A stretch of DNA of 64,000 bases from Phoronis australis (Eukaryota; Animalia; Phoronida): assembly GCA_002633005.1 (NCBI GenBank), contig NMRA01000340.1, forward strand, positions 357,435 through 421,434, read 5' to 3'. Position numbers and translations under genes: made by a program. Each line of letters starts with the position of its first letter. The first letter of the stretch is position 1. Under the pieces are notes generated by a model. The model was given only the letters and a program-made list of their open reading frames with translations, had not been told where the DNA came from and ran no database searches. Positions 48,401 to 61,500 of this stretch are shown here, in pieces.

Positions 48401-51400
48401 ACCAGTGAACTCTGTTTTGCGACACTCTACCTACTGACTTTCTTTCAATCCTATCTAATTTATCAAGCAATACATGAATGGATAGTCCCCCCACCTAGCC
48501 GCTTGTTGGCTGTAACACGATCGCCTGGTCGCGGTAAAGTTGTGAAATTGTGCAACTAGAAAAACGAAGTAAACATGGATTCAGTGACAATTTTGCGGAG
48601 GCGAAATGGTCAGAAAACCAACTGGGTGGTTTCTATAACTAATAACTAAAAATTACATGACAGTGAAACCAATTAATATAATTTACTGCGTAGGTTACTA
48701 ACATAATAACCTTGTGAAGAGAGAACACTTCTTCAAGAATCAGCCGGCTTCAATCAAACCCTTACTCATACGATTGCTTCACTTTACTTGCAAAATGGCT
48801 GGAAGTAGCGGTATTGTTTACGGACCAATTACGACGATTTTGTTATTGAGACTTTCGATTCCATATTGGCGTTGCTAATGTCAAAGTATTAAGACTTGTT
48901 AGCAGGAATTCGTGTAGGAGAGATCTAGATGTAACAGTTCACAGGAGCCTAGCGACCTCTGGCGGGTCTCGCAAACTCACCTCTACGTGTCAACAACTGA
49001 CTACACTGGGTAATGAATCGATCGCAGTCAGACGACATCCACCGTTGTGGTGCATAAGCCTCGTTTTGGCAGTGGAATGTCTCCATGGATTAGTTTTAAG
49101 AATCGTCTACTGCTCTCTGGTGTTCTCGAACGAAGGTTTACTAGCTAGTCTTAATTCTTCGAGGACCTTGATAACTGTAAATCTTATGGATCGTAAAAAA
49201 ATCTTATGTTTGACAGTTTGACTCACACAGCAAGTGTCGTACGAAAATTCCCGCCTTTATCAAAGTTGAAACATTTTCTCCTTTCAATCTTATAAGATGT
49301 AAGAGATTCTCAGGCTCTCTCCGTGTACTTCACATCGATGCAGCTTCTGCGATGTCACTCCCAATTATTTCCATCTGATGGGATTTTCCTACCGATTCCG
49401 AAAGTGTGGTCCAAAAATGCTATAAACCAACCATTTTTTGCAATTCTGGCTAGTTTGAGGGCTACCTGACGTTGCAGCCGATTTCTCAGTCGCTACCCAG
49501 CAATGCGCAAATCAATAGGGGTCCTGATCCTCTGACACAGCGCCACCTATACTGAAAAGTGGCTCTGTGGAAGCATTGAATTTCGTGTGTGCGCATCAAT
49601 GCGCATGCCTTAATTGGCCGGAAATATACCGATCACATCGCTACCACTTGCACACAGCTTTATGTACTGTACCTGTTTGGGCTTTAGCTACTGGATCGGG
49701 GTTCCTTTGATTTTGTTTATTTCGATCACAGCCCGTTTAATAAAATGCAGGTATTCAAGTCAATGGTGGTGACCAACAATAAACTGAAAGGGGTTTCACA
49801 AATTTCAACCAATGGGAATGACTGATATTATGTCGTCGGTTTCATTGCTACACCAATGAGAAGCCATGTTAAACATTATGCGACAATGCTACCTTTTGTA
49901 CAGGGTGCGCTATTTTTTAGAAAAGTGCAGCTACAACCGAAGTAGTGCTCTCGTCTCATTCTCAACATGTTCATAAACACAAACCACATTCAATGCACCT
50001 ACACGCAACATCTACATGTATCTAAAAACTGCCCCCAAAATCCTCGGCTACCAATAGATTTTAATAACTGTAAATTGACCGCAGCCGTAGCCTAAGTGTT
50101 CAGTGCCATCTATGTTCAAATTATCCCTCGGAAGTGTCTCATCTTTGCGCATGTGCGAACTTCAATCATTACAAATCATGTGATTTTCAAAATGATTAAT
50201 GCTGCATAATAAAAGGCTTAGATCAGTTAGAGTTAAAGGAGAATGCCACCCGATTTAATTAGTCTTTTTTTACCGTCTTAATCGGTCTATATCCACATCG
50301 CCTCTGATAGGGTCGTCCTCACCTTGCCGAGAGGTGTCGCGTTAACTTGTGAGGAAGGTGAGAAACGACACAGCGACGTCAGTGGTTCATATGCAGAGTG
50401 AATGTCGCTATATCGCGGTGCATCGTTCCTGCTTGTCCGAACTATGAAGCTGCGAAGAAAGCAGGTATATCGTTTTTTCGACTTCCTCGAGAGCCAGAAA
50501 TGTTTAGGAAGTGGCTCGCGGTAGTGAAGAATGAAAAGTACGCTGTTAATAGCAAGTATGAGGCCGTGAAACGTCTACGTGTCTGTCGCCGCCATTTCGT
50601 CGACAGTAATTTCTCTAACGAATTCCGGGTTACCAAAACACTATACGTTCCGGTGCCTGTTAATGTTCACGGCGCCTCTCTAGTATTTCTTGATCAGTGT
50701 ATTACGGTTCGAACTGATAGCCTGTGAAATCTAACGATACGACCCGTGAAGTCTTTGTCGGATGAGCTCTCGGCTAAGTCGGGATTGGCGCCGGGCGAGT
50801 TGCCATGTAGATGTTTGTAATTCTGCGTTCTGTTTCAAATTCTCACCTAACCAATGCTTAATTATATAAAACTGAAATAAAGTCTAGTGTCTCATTAGAT
50901 ACAATTGTAATGCCTTTCGAGTATTCGTGAGTGCAAATGTTTTGAGAAGCCAGCAATGAATAAACCACTGCGTTACCGGCTTTAGATGCAATAAAGGTAT
51001 ACTGACCGGGCACCGAGGCCGTGTGAGTGCATGCTAATTCAGTGTTTGCTGACAGAAAGCTGTTGTGAAACAATAACTCGATTTTATATGCTATAGTCAC
51101 ATGTTAGGGGAATCTTTATTTAGATATACAAATACATTATTCAAATCATGGTTACTGTACAACCTTTGCCCTGACGGTTCTGTGGAAGGGGAACTCGGCT
51201 GACTTTGCGGCCTCCGACAAGTAAGTAGATTTTCAGATTCGTGGATAATTCACCTAAATAATTACGTGCACATTATTTCTTTGGCTCACCATCATAGTCT
51301 TTTCGTGACTGGAGGTTTAGTTTCCAACTTAAGCTGGTTTATGTTCGTGATGTCCAGTCCCTGCGGTCGCGACGGGCCTGATCGGGTTCCGAGCCACTGG

Positions 51401-54400
51401 CGGGGAGTAACAAACGTACTGTGTGTTTAGACCTGAAAAACTCGCAAGTCTGAAAGTACAACGCACTGCTGCGTTCCCCCGTCTGTATTTCGTGGAAGAA
51501 TGATTCGGATTTATCACCAAACAGACCCTAACTCCTGCGATCGACGACCATGGTAAATTGGCCTACCGAAGTCTGTAGGCTACGGTACGTTCAAATACCT
51601 ATAAATCCGTAACTGTGAAATAAAACAAAACGTTTGTTCAAGAACTCGATGTATTTGTAAGGGGTTTACGTCGAATTTTGATGATTTATTTGTGTAAAAC
51701 GATGAATTCAAGCGATAAGTTGACACCAGTAAGGGTGTTGTGAACGGCTGAACAACTGCGTTCGAACCAATTGCGTCATTGGTTAATTTCAACTACACCT
51801 CCGTCTGCAGTTAGGTGTCAGGTAAAACAACTGAACTACTCGATCTAAATTGACACAAAATAGGTTGTTTTTGAGTGGCATTCTCCTTTAACAGTACAGC
51901 AGAAGGCAGACTGAGGATTGAGGATGATTGTCGTGTATACCAAATTCATCGAAATGTAACTTCTGTGTTTAGGTGTGAGAGATTTCATTTGAGTAACGTG
52001 GTTAATAAAGTCGTGGCTTTATCTGTAACACACCAGTACCTTTTCTAATAACACCCGTTGGTAAAAAATGTAATGACTTGCAAGAGCCTTGCAAGAATCT
52101 CGAGAACCAATATTTTAATGCATCATGTTTAAATGGCGTTTTCAATTGTCATTTTATTTGCAGACATTTTAACTTTGATCATCAATTTCATTTACTTACC
52201 TGTGAGCTGATTTTTCGCCAACACAGCTTTTTGTAAAAACAGTGTGGAATTTAATCCTTCTTTCGAAGGTTATACAAATATTCATTTTGTTTCAAATGAA
52301 CACAATTCATGGCTATTGCATTTAAGTAGAATTGACAGTATTACCATATACAAAAGCACGGCTTTTTATGTGTGTCAAAAACCGACAGCTTCACTGCAGT
52401 TGGAAATTACATGCAGCTTGTAAGTGACAAATACCGCAATAAGAAATACACAAACAGCGCCCACATGTTGGTAATAAACCCGCGTCAAACCAACTTTTAA
52501 TCTAAGCTACTTACTGCTGCCAAATTGGTTGTCTTGTTTCATTCTCGGATTGGAAATGATTTCTAACCTTGAGATAAGCTGCCGGGCCGTTATTGAATCA
52601 GACGACGCCTTTTTAAAAGTTGTTTGTCACGGTTTGATGGCTTGTGAAGTTGCTGAGTCAGCTTGACCGTCACGGAATCTAGACTGTTAACTGTAGTTTC
52701 AATTCGAACACATGATAAGTACGCAATGGCGTTGTTTTTGGAAGACCAAACGACGAGTTGGTAGTTTTTAACCCTACACCGTAACATGGTTGAAACCAGC
52801 CACACTAATATATGGTTTCAATACTAGTGAGGACTTGTTCAGTCTATGCGTCTAGGTTTAGAGCGGCTTGAGTTGAGATAAAAATGTCGCTTCCTTTTCT
52901 CATACGTGCTTATGTACATTGTATTTTCAGGATTCGGTCTCCTTGAATCCGGAATGGCAAGCGTGAAAAATGAAGTCAACATAATGGTGAAAAATGCCGT
53001 CGACGTCATATTTGGAGGAATTACATTCTGGATGTTTGGGTTTGGCCTAGCATTTGGCACGGGCAGTCTATCAAACGCGTTTTGTGGCGTAGGTTATTTC
53101 TTCGTGCATGCGAGTGGAGACGATATGGGTTACATCTACTCGTGGTTTTTCTTCCAACTCTCCTTTTCGACGACTGCTACCACAATAGTATCCGGCGCAG
53201 TGGCCGAGAGAACTCGACTCATAACGTACATCGTATTTTCAGCAGTCAATACTTTGATCTACTGTATACCTGCTCATTGGGTCTGGGCCAAGAATGGATT
53301 TCTTTACACACTCGGTATGGTTGACATTGCCGGAGGTGGTCCCGTGCATTTGATAGGAGGCATAACTGGATTGGTGGCCACCCTTTTGTTGGGACCTCGG
53401 ATCGGACGGTTTGATCAGGACGAAACGCCACCTTTGGGTTGCCCAACGAATGCAATTCTTGGAACGTTCATGTTGTGGTAGGTAAATTTCACAGTTTGAG
53501 AGCAACGTTTATTCAGAATGAGAATACGTAATAGTACATTTTCATTCCGCCCTTAACCGAAGTGCTTTGCGGTTTTATAAATTACCACCCTCATCCAATC
53601 CTGTGTTACTGCCGAATGACCTGGCTACTCAAATCACAAGTAATGCGCATAGATGCACCAATTTTCGAATCCGCAATTATTGGTTGACGAACCTCAGTGA
53701 AAACTGAAGCTTTTTATTGAGTCGCTGATTGTTTCGGTGTGGGTTGTTTTTGCCAACAGGTGTCAAGCGCAGTGACGGATGAAGAGTTTCGTAGGTCTCT
53801 AAGGTGTGAAGTGCTTGGGCGACCAGCTAACCGTTTCACTATGCATACGTTTGTGTTGACACTCACTGACAAACACCTGTATCCACCGGGTAGTTTAAGG
53901 GATCGTGTTTTTACATAGGTCTATCCATTTTAATGTAGACCTAATGTGCAACGGAACTCTAATAATTTGAGCTTTCTCACTTCTTAACAGTCAGGTGGGT
54001 CAGATAAACACTTTTCCGTTGTATTTATGTATAGCTTGGTGTAAATGTCAGCCTTTGAGTTTTTTAGTCGTTGTATAAAATCACAATTCTGTTCTTTGTA
54101 AAAAATAATTGCAAACGGTCTGGTACACGTTGTACCAGGCCTCTTAGGTGGACCAATTGCACTCATCACCTGGAAACTGTTTATGGTTTATTAATATATA
54201 CTTAATACCGAGCTGAGGAGTTAGAGAACTGACTTAAGGGTTTAGCAGTGCGCTCCAGTGGGACGTTGAATAAAGGAAGCCCACCCTTATCCCACTAGGC
54301 CACAGTATATCATATTTTTCGTTACAATCCAGGGCAAGTTCTTAAAAGCGCTTTTTCTGTGTCCTGTATGCGAGTTTTTTTGTGACGATTTCAACTATGT

Positions 54401-57400
54401 TGAGAATCTTGATCAGCCATTTCGAGACCTTTAGATTTTTAATAAACCTCTTTGTTGATATCCGCCATTTTGATTTGCATAAATTAAGGCTTCTGGGAAA
54501 ATGTTGGTGTTCGCAGGTCAGCAACCCACCTGTAGGCTTAGTACTGAGTATGGGTGTGATAACCAAAGCGACCAAAAAGACAGTTATGTTTAAATCAGGT
54601 TATAGGTTTTTACTATCACTTGCAGACGTATTAGCATGAAAATTATGCTAAGTCCATCAGGCTTCAATAATAATAATAATAATACTAATAACTTAATGTA
54701 GTGTGGTATAGAAAATGCACTCTGGAATAATCCGAAAGTTGTTTCTCAAGTGAGCGTAAAAGATGCTAGTGAAATTGTCTGAGTTTACATGATTATTTAT
54801 TTTCCAAGTACAGTCAGCCGATCTTTCTGTCATTTGTGTTATTCAAATTTCAATTTTAATTCAAACTAACACCTAGTTTGATTTCGGAACCATCTGAACC
54901 AGCGCTCCCAGCGGTGATGGAAATAAAGATATTCTCTCGTAAAGAAGTTACTTCTTGAATGCTAGACCTAATTGAACGGCATACGCAAGATGCTAGAATA
55001 ATATTCCATTAAAAGTGAAATCAGTTTGTCACTTCACAGCAATTGGCATGTACAATGACATTTTTAATCAACACAACATTTTCATCATCGCAAACGTAAA
55101 AGTTTGAATTTATTCTGAAAGGTCAACTTATTGGATAAAAACGCAGGATTAAGTTTACAGTTTTGTTTCTTTACCACCAGAGTCGCCTTTAAGAGAAAAT
55201 TCATGTCAAAACACGATCACTCTGTGCCACAAATTGATCGATGTTACGATAGAAGAAATGTCTTTAACCCCTGCTCACATGTGAAGTAATCGGTCTGGTT
55301 ACAAAAGTGGCTAGCGAAAACACCAGTACTTTTTGGGCGGTAATTACTCAAACCTCTAGCAAAACGCCAGCAAAATGACGTTCATATTACTGGTGTTTTT
55401 CTGCTAGTAACGAAAACGCTAGTGTTTTATCCAGCATATGAACTGATTGTCAGCAAATCGATGGGGTTTGCTAGACATTAAATAAGTTGAGTGCGTATCG
55501 ACCACTTAAAGTATGCATGGAACGTCGTTTTCAACTAAACATGTCTTAAATGAACGTTATGGAAAAAAAAACTGGATTTTTTAGATCAGTCTCAGATCGG
55601 CAACTCAGGTCAAAAGTGATGCGTATGTAACAGACATGGAATCCTTTCACGGAAATGAATATTAGGGAAACGATTTGCGAGAGTAAAAGTTCTGATCTAA
55701 TTTGATTTTGTCAGCTAAACCGGGCAAAATGCAGATTAAGTACTTGTATATGTTTTTTTTAAATACGGCATTCAATTTGCACTTAGCTGCCTTAATGGAA
55801 AGTCTCTCTCTGTATAATTGGCGGCAGACAGATCTAGCGTCAGGTGTCACTTTATACACCTGATGCACAGTAAAGAAAATGTATCATCTGTTTTTCGCAC
55901 ATGGGACATAATTCATAAATGCAGGTGTTCATTAGGATGATTCACACAATTCAAAATATATATTCGAAATCTTTTTCTTACCGGTGCCGAATTTACAGGG
56001 AACCAAGGTCCCAGTGGGTAATTTCACCGACCGACCGTAAACCAGCGCGCGCGTTTCTTCACACAGATGATGCGCGGAATTCGATTTCGGGGATCCACAA
56101 ACGCGTGATTTAAAGCACCGGAAGTTGGATACTAACTTAGGCAAATTTGGTTTTGGAAATATATTTGTTTGCAGCATCGCTCTAAACAGTTGAAGGTTGT
56201 GACTGAAAACTATTATTCAGTGCTGTAGTGGGGCGTATGNTAAATGCAGGTGTTCATTAGGATGATTCACACAATTCAAAATATATATTCGAAATCTTTT
56301 TCTTACCAGTGCCGAATTTACAGGGAACCAAGGGGTCATTGACCCCCTATATTTCGGAAAGCTTATTGATCATTGTTGAGATTTAAATCTCAACCTGTTG
56401 GTGCATAATCCCCGCAAATACATACGATTTCCTTATGGCGTTGGCGTCTTCAAGCTTATATAACATCGTACATTGAATAGTTTTTATGACTACAGAAACC
56501 TATTTTGGTCAGGAAAAGACATGACCTGGTTTTTCATAGAAAATGACGTGAGTATAAGGTCATCCGTTTTGACAAAAGAAAATGAAAGATCTTTGTTTTG
56601 TTGTATTACACTTTGAATCCGGCTACAGCAATCCTGGTTTATTGCGTTTGCTTGAGCACATATAATGTTTCATTGCACGCACTACGACACAATATGATAT
56701 TATTATTACCCCTTATGTTTGCTTCATTTCCACAAACACGGATCTTACGTTCACACGGTTACAAAGTCCCAATTCAAGGTCCCAGTGGGTAATTTCACCG
56801 ACCGACCGTAAACCAGCGCGCGCGTTTCTTCACACAGATGATGCGCGGAATTCGATTTCGGGGATCCACAAACGCGTGATTTAAAGCACCGGAAGTTGGA
56901 TACTAACTTAGGCAAATTTGGTTTTGGAAATATATTTGTTTGCAGCATCGCTCTAAACAGTTGAAGGTTGTGACTGAAAACTATTATTCAGTGCTGTAGT
57001 GGGGCGTATGCGCATGTAGGCGCAACCAACCACCTTTTGGCATTTGAACGTAGCGCCTACGCACCGTAAGTTACGTTCGGTGCTCAAGGTGATACGGTGG
57101 GCTTTGGGCGCCTACTTACCTCTGATTTTACCACTACAGCACTGCTATTATTTGAGGTGGTACGTTTTGGATTAATTTTCCTGATAACAAAAATTCCAAA
57201 AATTCCACCAGTGACTTCAAATGACAATCGATAAGCGGCAGTAGAACAAAATGTTATCTTTTCTGTACTCCTATTGTAGGTTTCTGTTGTGAAGAGTGAC
57301 TTGCTATTGGTCAGGCACCTTGCGAAGTTGTCTCCCTTTGTCACAATTTGTGTAACAGATGACCAGATGACTAGTTTGCCTCTGGAATCAGTACACGTGT

Positions 57401-58467
57401 TGCCTAAAATCGTTATCATAATAACATAGTGTTTGCGGTAAGCTACCGAAAATAAATCGGGGAGTAAGATGTCTTTGTAGAGATTTTAGTATTAATTTTA
57501 TTTTGCTTGAAATCTTTATTAAGAATTAGCTGCGCTACGGCTTTTCATGTTGAACGGAAATTGTTGGTGTTTGTTTTGCTATAAGGTGCTGTAATGATGT
57601 AAAGGTCAATGTTACATATAATCCAAAGAGACGAAATATAACGCCATACAGGTATCCGGATGTCTCTAAACAAGTATTCAATATAACGAGGCTTGCTGAC
57701 CAAAGCAATTACAAAATATATTAAATGCTCATGTTGAGAGGAAATAATGAAAACTGTGGCTTTTATCTGAGGCTGCCCGAAATGAAAGATCCAATTGATT
57801 TTTAAGTAAGAGACCTTTAGAACTCAGAGGTGAAGTATTGGACAAAAGGCGCGGGTATATTGTCCTTTTAACAGGTGGATATTGGAGTGATTGGATTGTA
57901 ATTGCTTCTGTAGCTTATTCGTTTTTGGAGCATAATATGACGGACGGAAAGGGCAAAAATTATGAAGAAAGAAAATCAAATCTATTTTGTGAATTCAACT
58001 GTATTTAATATATTTAATCCTATTTAAAATGCAATTAAATCCTGTTTCGTAAATTCAATTCTATTTAATTAATTGAACCAAATTTAAAATAAAAATCAAA
58101 CCCGTTTGATAATTTACCTTAGTTCGAAAATTCAATTCTCTCAACTCTCAATAAAATACATGCAGTTTAGATCGAAGATTCATTGTTTTTTAAAGGCAGA
58201 TGCTGTTAGAAAAGATTCATGGTACAAGCGTCAATTCAATTCCATTACGGAGATCCAGTCAACATCCGTAAACTGAGCGTGTAAAATCGACCTTGTTCAA
58301 ATAGAAAATTATCCTGTTTCGAAGATTCTATTTGCAAATCCTGTCGGTGGGAAGGAAAAACTAGTTTATCACGTGACTGAAAATGGCTGAGCCCACGTAT
58401 TGTGGTGATCGTTGTCAATGAGATTAAAAATATTCCAGATCAGATTCTTGCAGAGGATTTAAAGATG

Positions 58468-58538
<71 letters not shown>

Positions 58539-61500
58539 GCTTGAAAATTCGCCTCGAAGGCGTTTAGATCTGCCTAACTTGGAAAGAGCGGCGTTTACTA
58601 ATGCGGGCCTCGGCTTTTCATTGCAGGATTAGTTTTAGGAATCGCCGACAGGATTGACAAAACAGACTCGAAACACAAACGACTTTCGTAACGAGGTTTG
58701 TTTTGTAAATCGCCGACAGAATTGACAAAACAGGGTCGATTTTATAAAGCACGCTCAATTCTCCGAAATAGGTTCACTTCTAAAGGCAGGGTTGTTTTAC
58801 ATAGAATTGAATTTATAAAAGAGGAATTATGATTTTTAAGTAGTATTAAATTTACAAAATAGGGTTTAATTATATTTTAAATAGGACTGAATTTATCAAA
58901 TAGAGTTGAATTTACAAAATATGGTTGGTTTTCGTTTTTTCACAATTTTTGCCCTTTCTGCCCCTCATACCATTGAAATGGTCAGAAAATCAAGGATAAC
59001 TACAATTCGTTGAAGTCTGAAAATAACTAACCGGATAAAGTTATCGCAGCTTCGAGACCGTCAGTAACTTGGCCAGTAGCATGGACTCTTGAATGTGTGG
59101 GAAACCATGTTACATGGCGGTACTAACTGCTCACTCATTAAGTCACCAATCGGAGAGTTTCGAGGTGAGTTACCAGCAGCAGATCCAGGATTTTGTGTTC
59201 GGGGGGGGGACAGGGCAAAGTATTTGCCAGGATTTTTCCCGTCAATCATTCGCACTCCTGAACTTCTAAATGGTATTTGGGAAATTTTTAGGGGACCATG
59301 GCCCACTTGGCCCACTCTAAACCGCCACTGGTTACTAAATCTTGAATATCTTCAATGCGAGAACATATCCGAGGTTGATTTAGACAAAATTTTCTGACCC
59401 AAGTCCATCTAAGCCACTTTTCTTGAAACAGGCCCGCCCTAGCTGGAGACGATGGGTACTGGTGGTGTGACTATGGACAGTATATGCATAATCTCGTTCT
59501 AAATTCATTGTTTACTTGTTGACACTTGTTTATTTCACAAAGCTCTAGTCCAGAACGACTGAAGGGTCATGCGACGACTGAGGAGTTGCCGTTTTCATTG
59601 GTCCGGAGCCTGCGTATTTGCGACCCGGACCAGTTATTTTTCAAGCACCTTGGCAGCCTAACCAGTAAATTTACAGTTACTGGCCCGGCGGGCCAGAACT
59701 TTTATTTGCTGAAGTTTGAGCTCAACTACATTCTCTAAATTTTCAGAGCATTTGTGGACTTTGTTTATTGCTTAAGTTATCTTTCCTGTCGTCGTATCTT
59801 GACTACGAGCTCCTCTTTTACTTGACTAATAATTGTCCAAAAGGAGACCCCCTAATTCACTAAACATAAATAGGGACAGAGTTCGTAGGTTAGGAGCGTT
59901 TATGAAAAGGTTCCTATTTAGCTTTTAATAATATTTTAAAAGAACTCGTCGTCGAATTTCCTCTCTTTGTGTATCCAGGCTAAAACTTGACGTAGCAATG
60001 CAGACAAAGTAGCTGAAGAATTGTCCTTGCTCAGATGGGAAGTGATTTTGTCTTGCAAAAATGACAATTAATTGATCAAGACCATATTCGGCGAACAAAA
60101 TAACACGCCGTGACGGCAGTCAACCTTTATACAGCTTGACACTGCATCAAACAATGATGAACTCCCAGTTGGCGAAATCACACTGGTAGGTGGTCTAAAT
60201 CAAAAGGAAGGTGTACGTATAACCGTTTTAGTACAAGGGTGCAGGAGGCGGGGAATTAGAGGAAGGGCAAATAACCCCCAATAATTTTCAGGCGGTGTCA
60301 GAGACGAACTGTGGCGACAGGCATATGCGTTTGGCTGGGGTAGATGGCAGTCAAGAAAAGATACAGTGAATGATGTAGAAGAGAAAAATATCTAAAACCC
60401 AAGGAAGCATTTACGTACCGTTAAAAACAGGAGTTAACGCGCTGCCACCACTGTCATCAGTTGAGCTTCTGTTGACCTCGGGAGTTTCGATACTTTTTCT
60501 AACAGGCGGACCGACAGAGGTAACTGATCTCTCTCTAATGTCGGGTTACTCAACTGGCACTGTTGCAGTAGCCGCTGGTATTTCAACCATGTCCATCTGC
60601 AAGCTTTCTCTGCTTCGTCAGATGATTCGGATATTGTCTTCTTCAACTTTTTCTTCACTCTTAACTTCTGTGCCAAATAAATAACTTATTGTACTAGAAA
60701 CTCTCTACAGCAAACTTCAGTTTGGAAAACCCAGCATTTTCAACCCATGGACACACAATGCTCTTTGAGGTCGTCATACTTCAGGTTCTTCGCTTGCTGA
60801 GCTTCTTTTATTCTGGTCTCCCATGGTATTGTCACAATCACCTGTCTTTTAAGGTCTAAGCGTATGTCCGGGCGTATCCTGGTCTTCACTATATGTCTTG
60901 GAATGCATGCTTACCTGTCGACATTAAGAATCCAATCACTTTCTGTGGTCAGGATGCCTGTCGTACTTCTCATCCTGGCTACCGCTGCTTTCCGTTTATC
61001 TCCATGAATGCGGGTTTGGGGTTGAGCTTCTTCGAGGCGTTCCTAGCTTCTTCCATGTTCCCTGCAACAACTCGCAACCAATCGTGTCTCCAAGTGAACA
61101 TTTCACCAGGTTCGTGGGTATTGGCAGCATGTCATGCACATATCAAGGCAGAAACCTCGGCCGCGATGGCTCTATTTCCATAACGTCTCTCCGTTTAAGC
61201 TCCGTGACTGAAACGTCTGTTCACGTTGCCTAATACTTGTTGTTTCATCCCAACCGCGCTCGCAAACATGCGCCTTCTTTAGAGTTCCTAGGATCTGTTG
61301 GTGCCTTATCCTGCTCTCATCTTCATCAACTGCTAGTGTGGTGCTCCAAATTCTCTCAGTTGGTTCTCTAATGCGGTTATTCTTGATGACTGGAATCTCT
61401 GAAACTGGTGGAATTTTTGGCTCACGACAGCTTCAAGGTTTTCCTTCTTCACACGACTTCTTTCTGTATCACCAAACTTCTCGAATTTTCTGGCTTGAAC

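Noticed and set aside
15430-53505. Alternative-frame and antisense ORFs overlapping the Amt exons
   Set aside because: Shadow ORFs of real coding exons.
55919-56948. Apparently duplicated small genes (ORFs 55932..56177 and 56751..56948)
   Set aside because: Consequence of the duplication around the N at 56240; no protein features.
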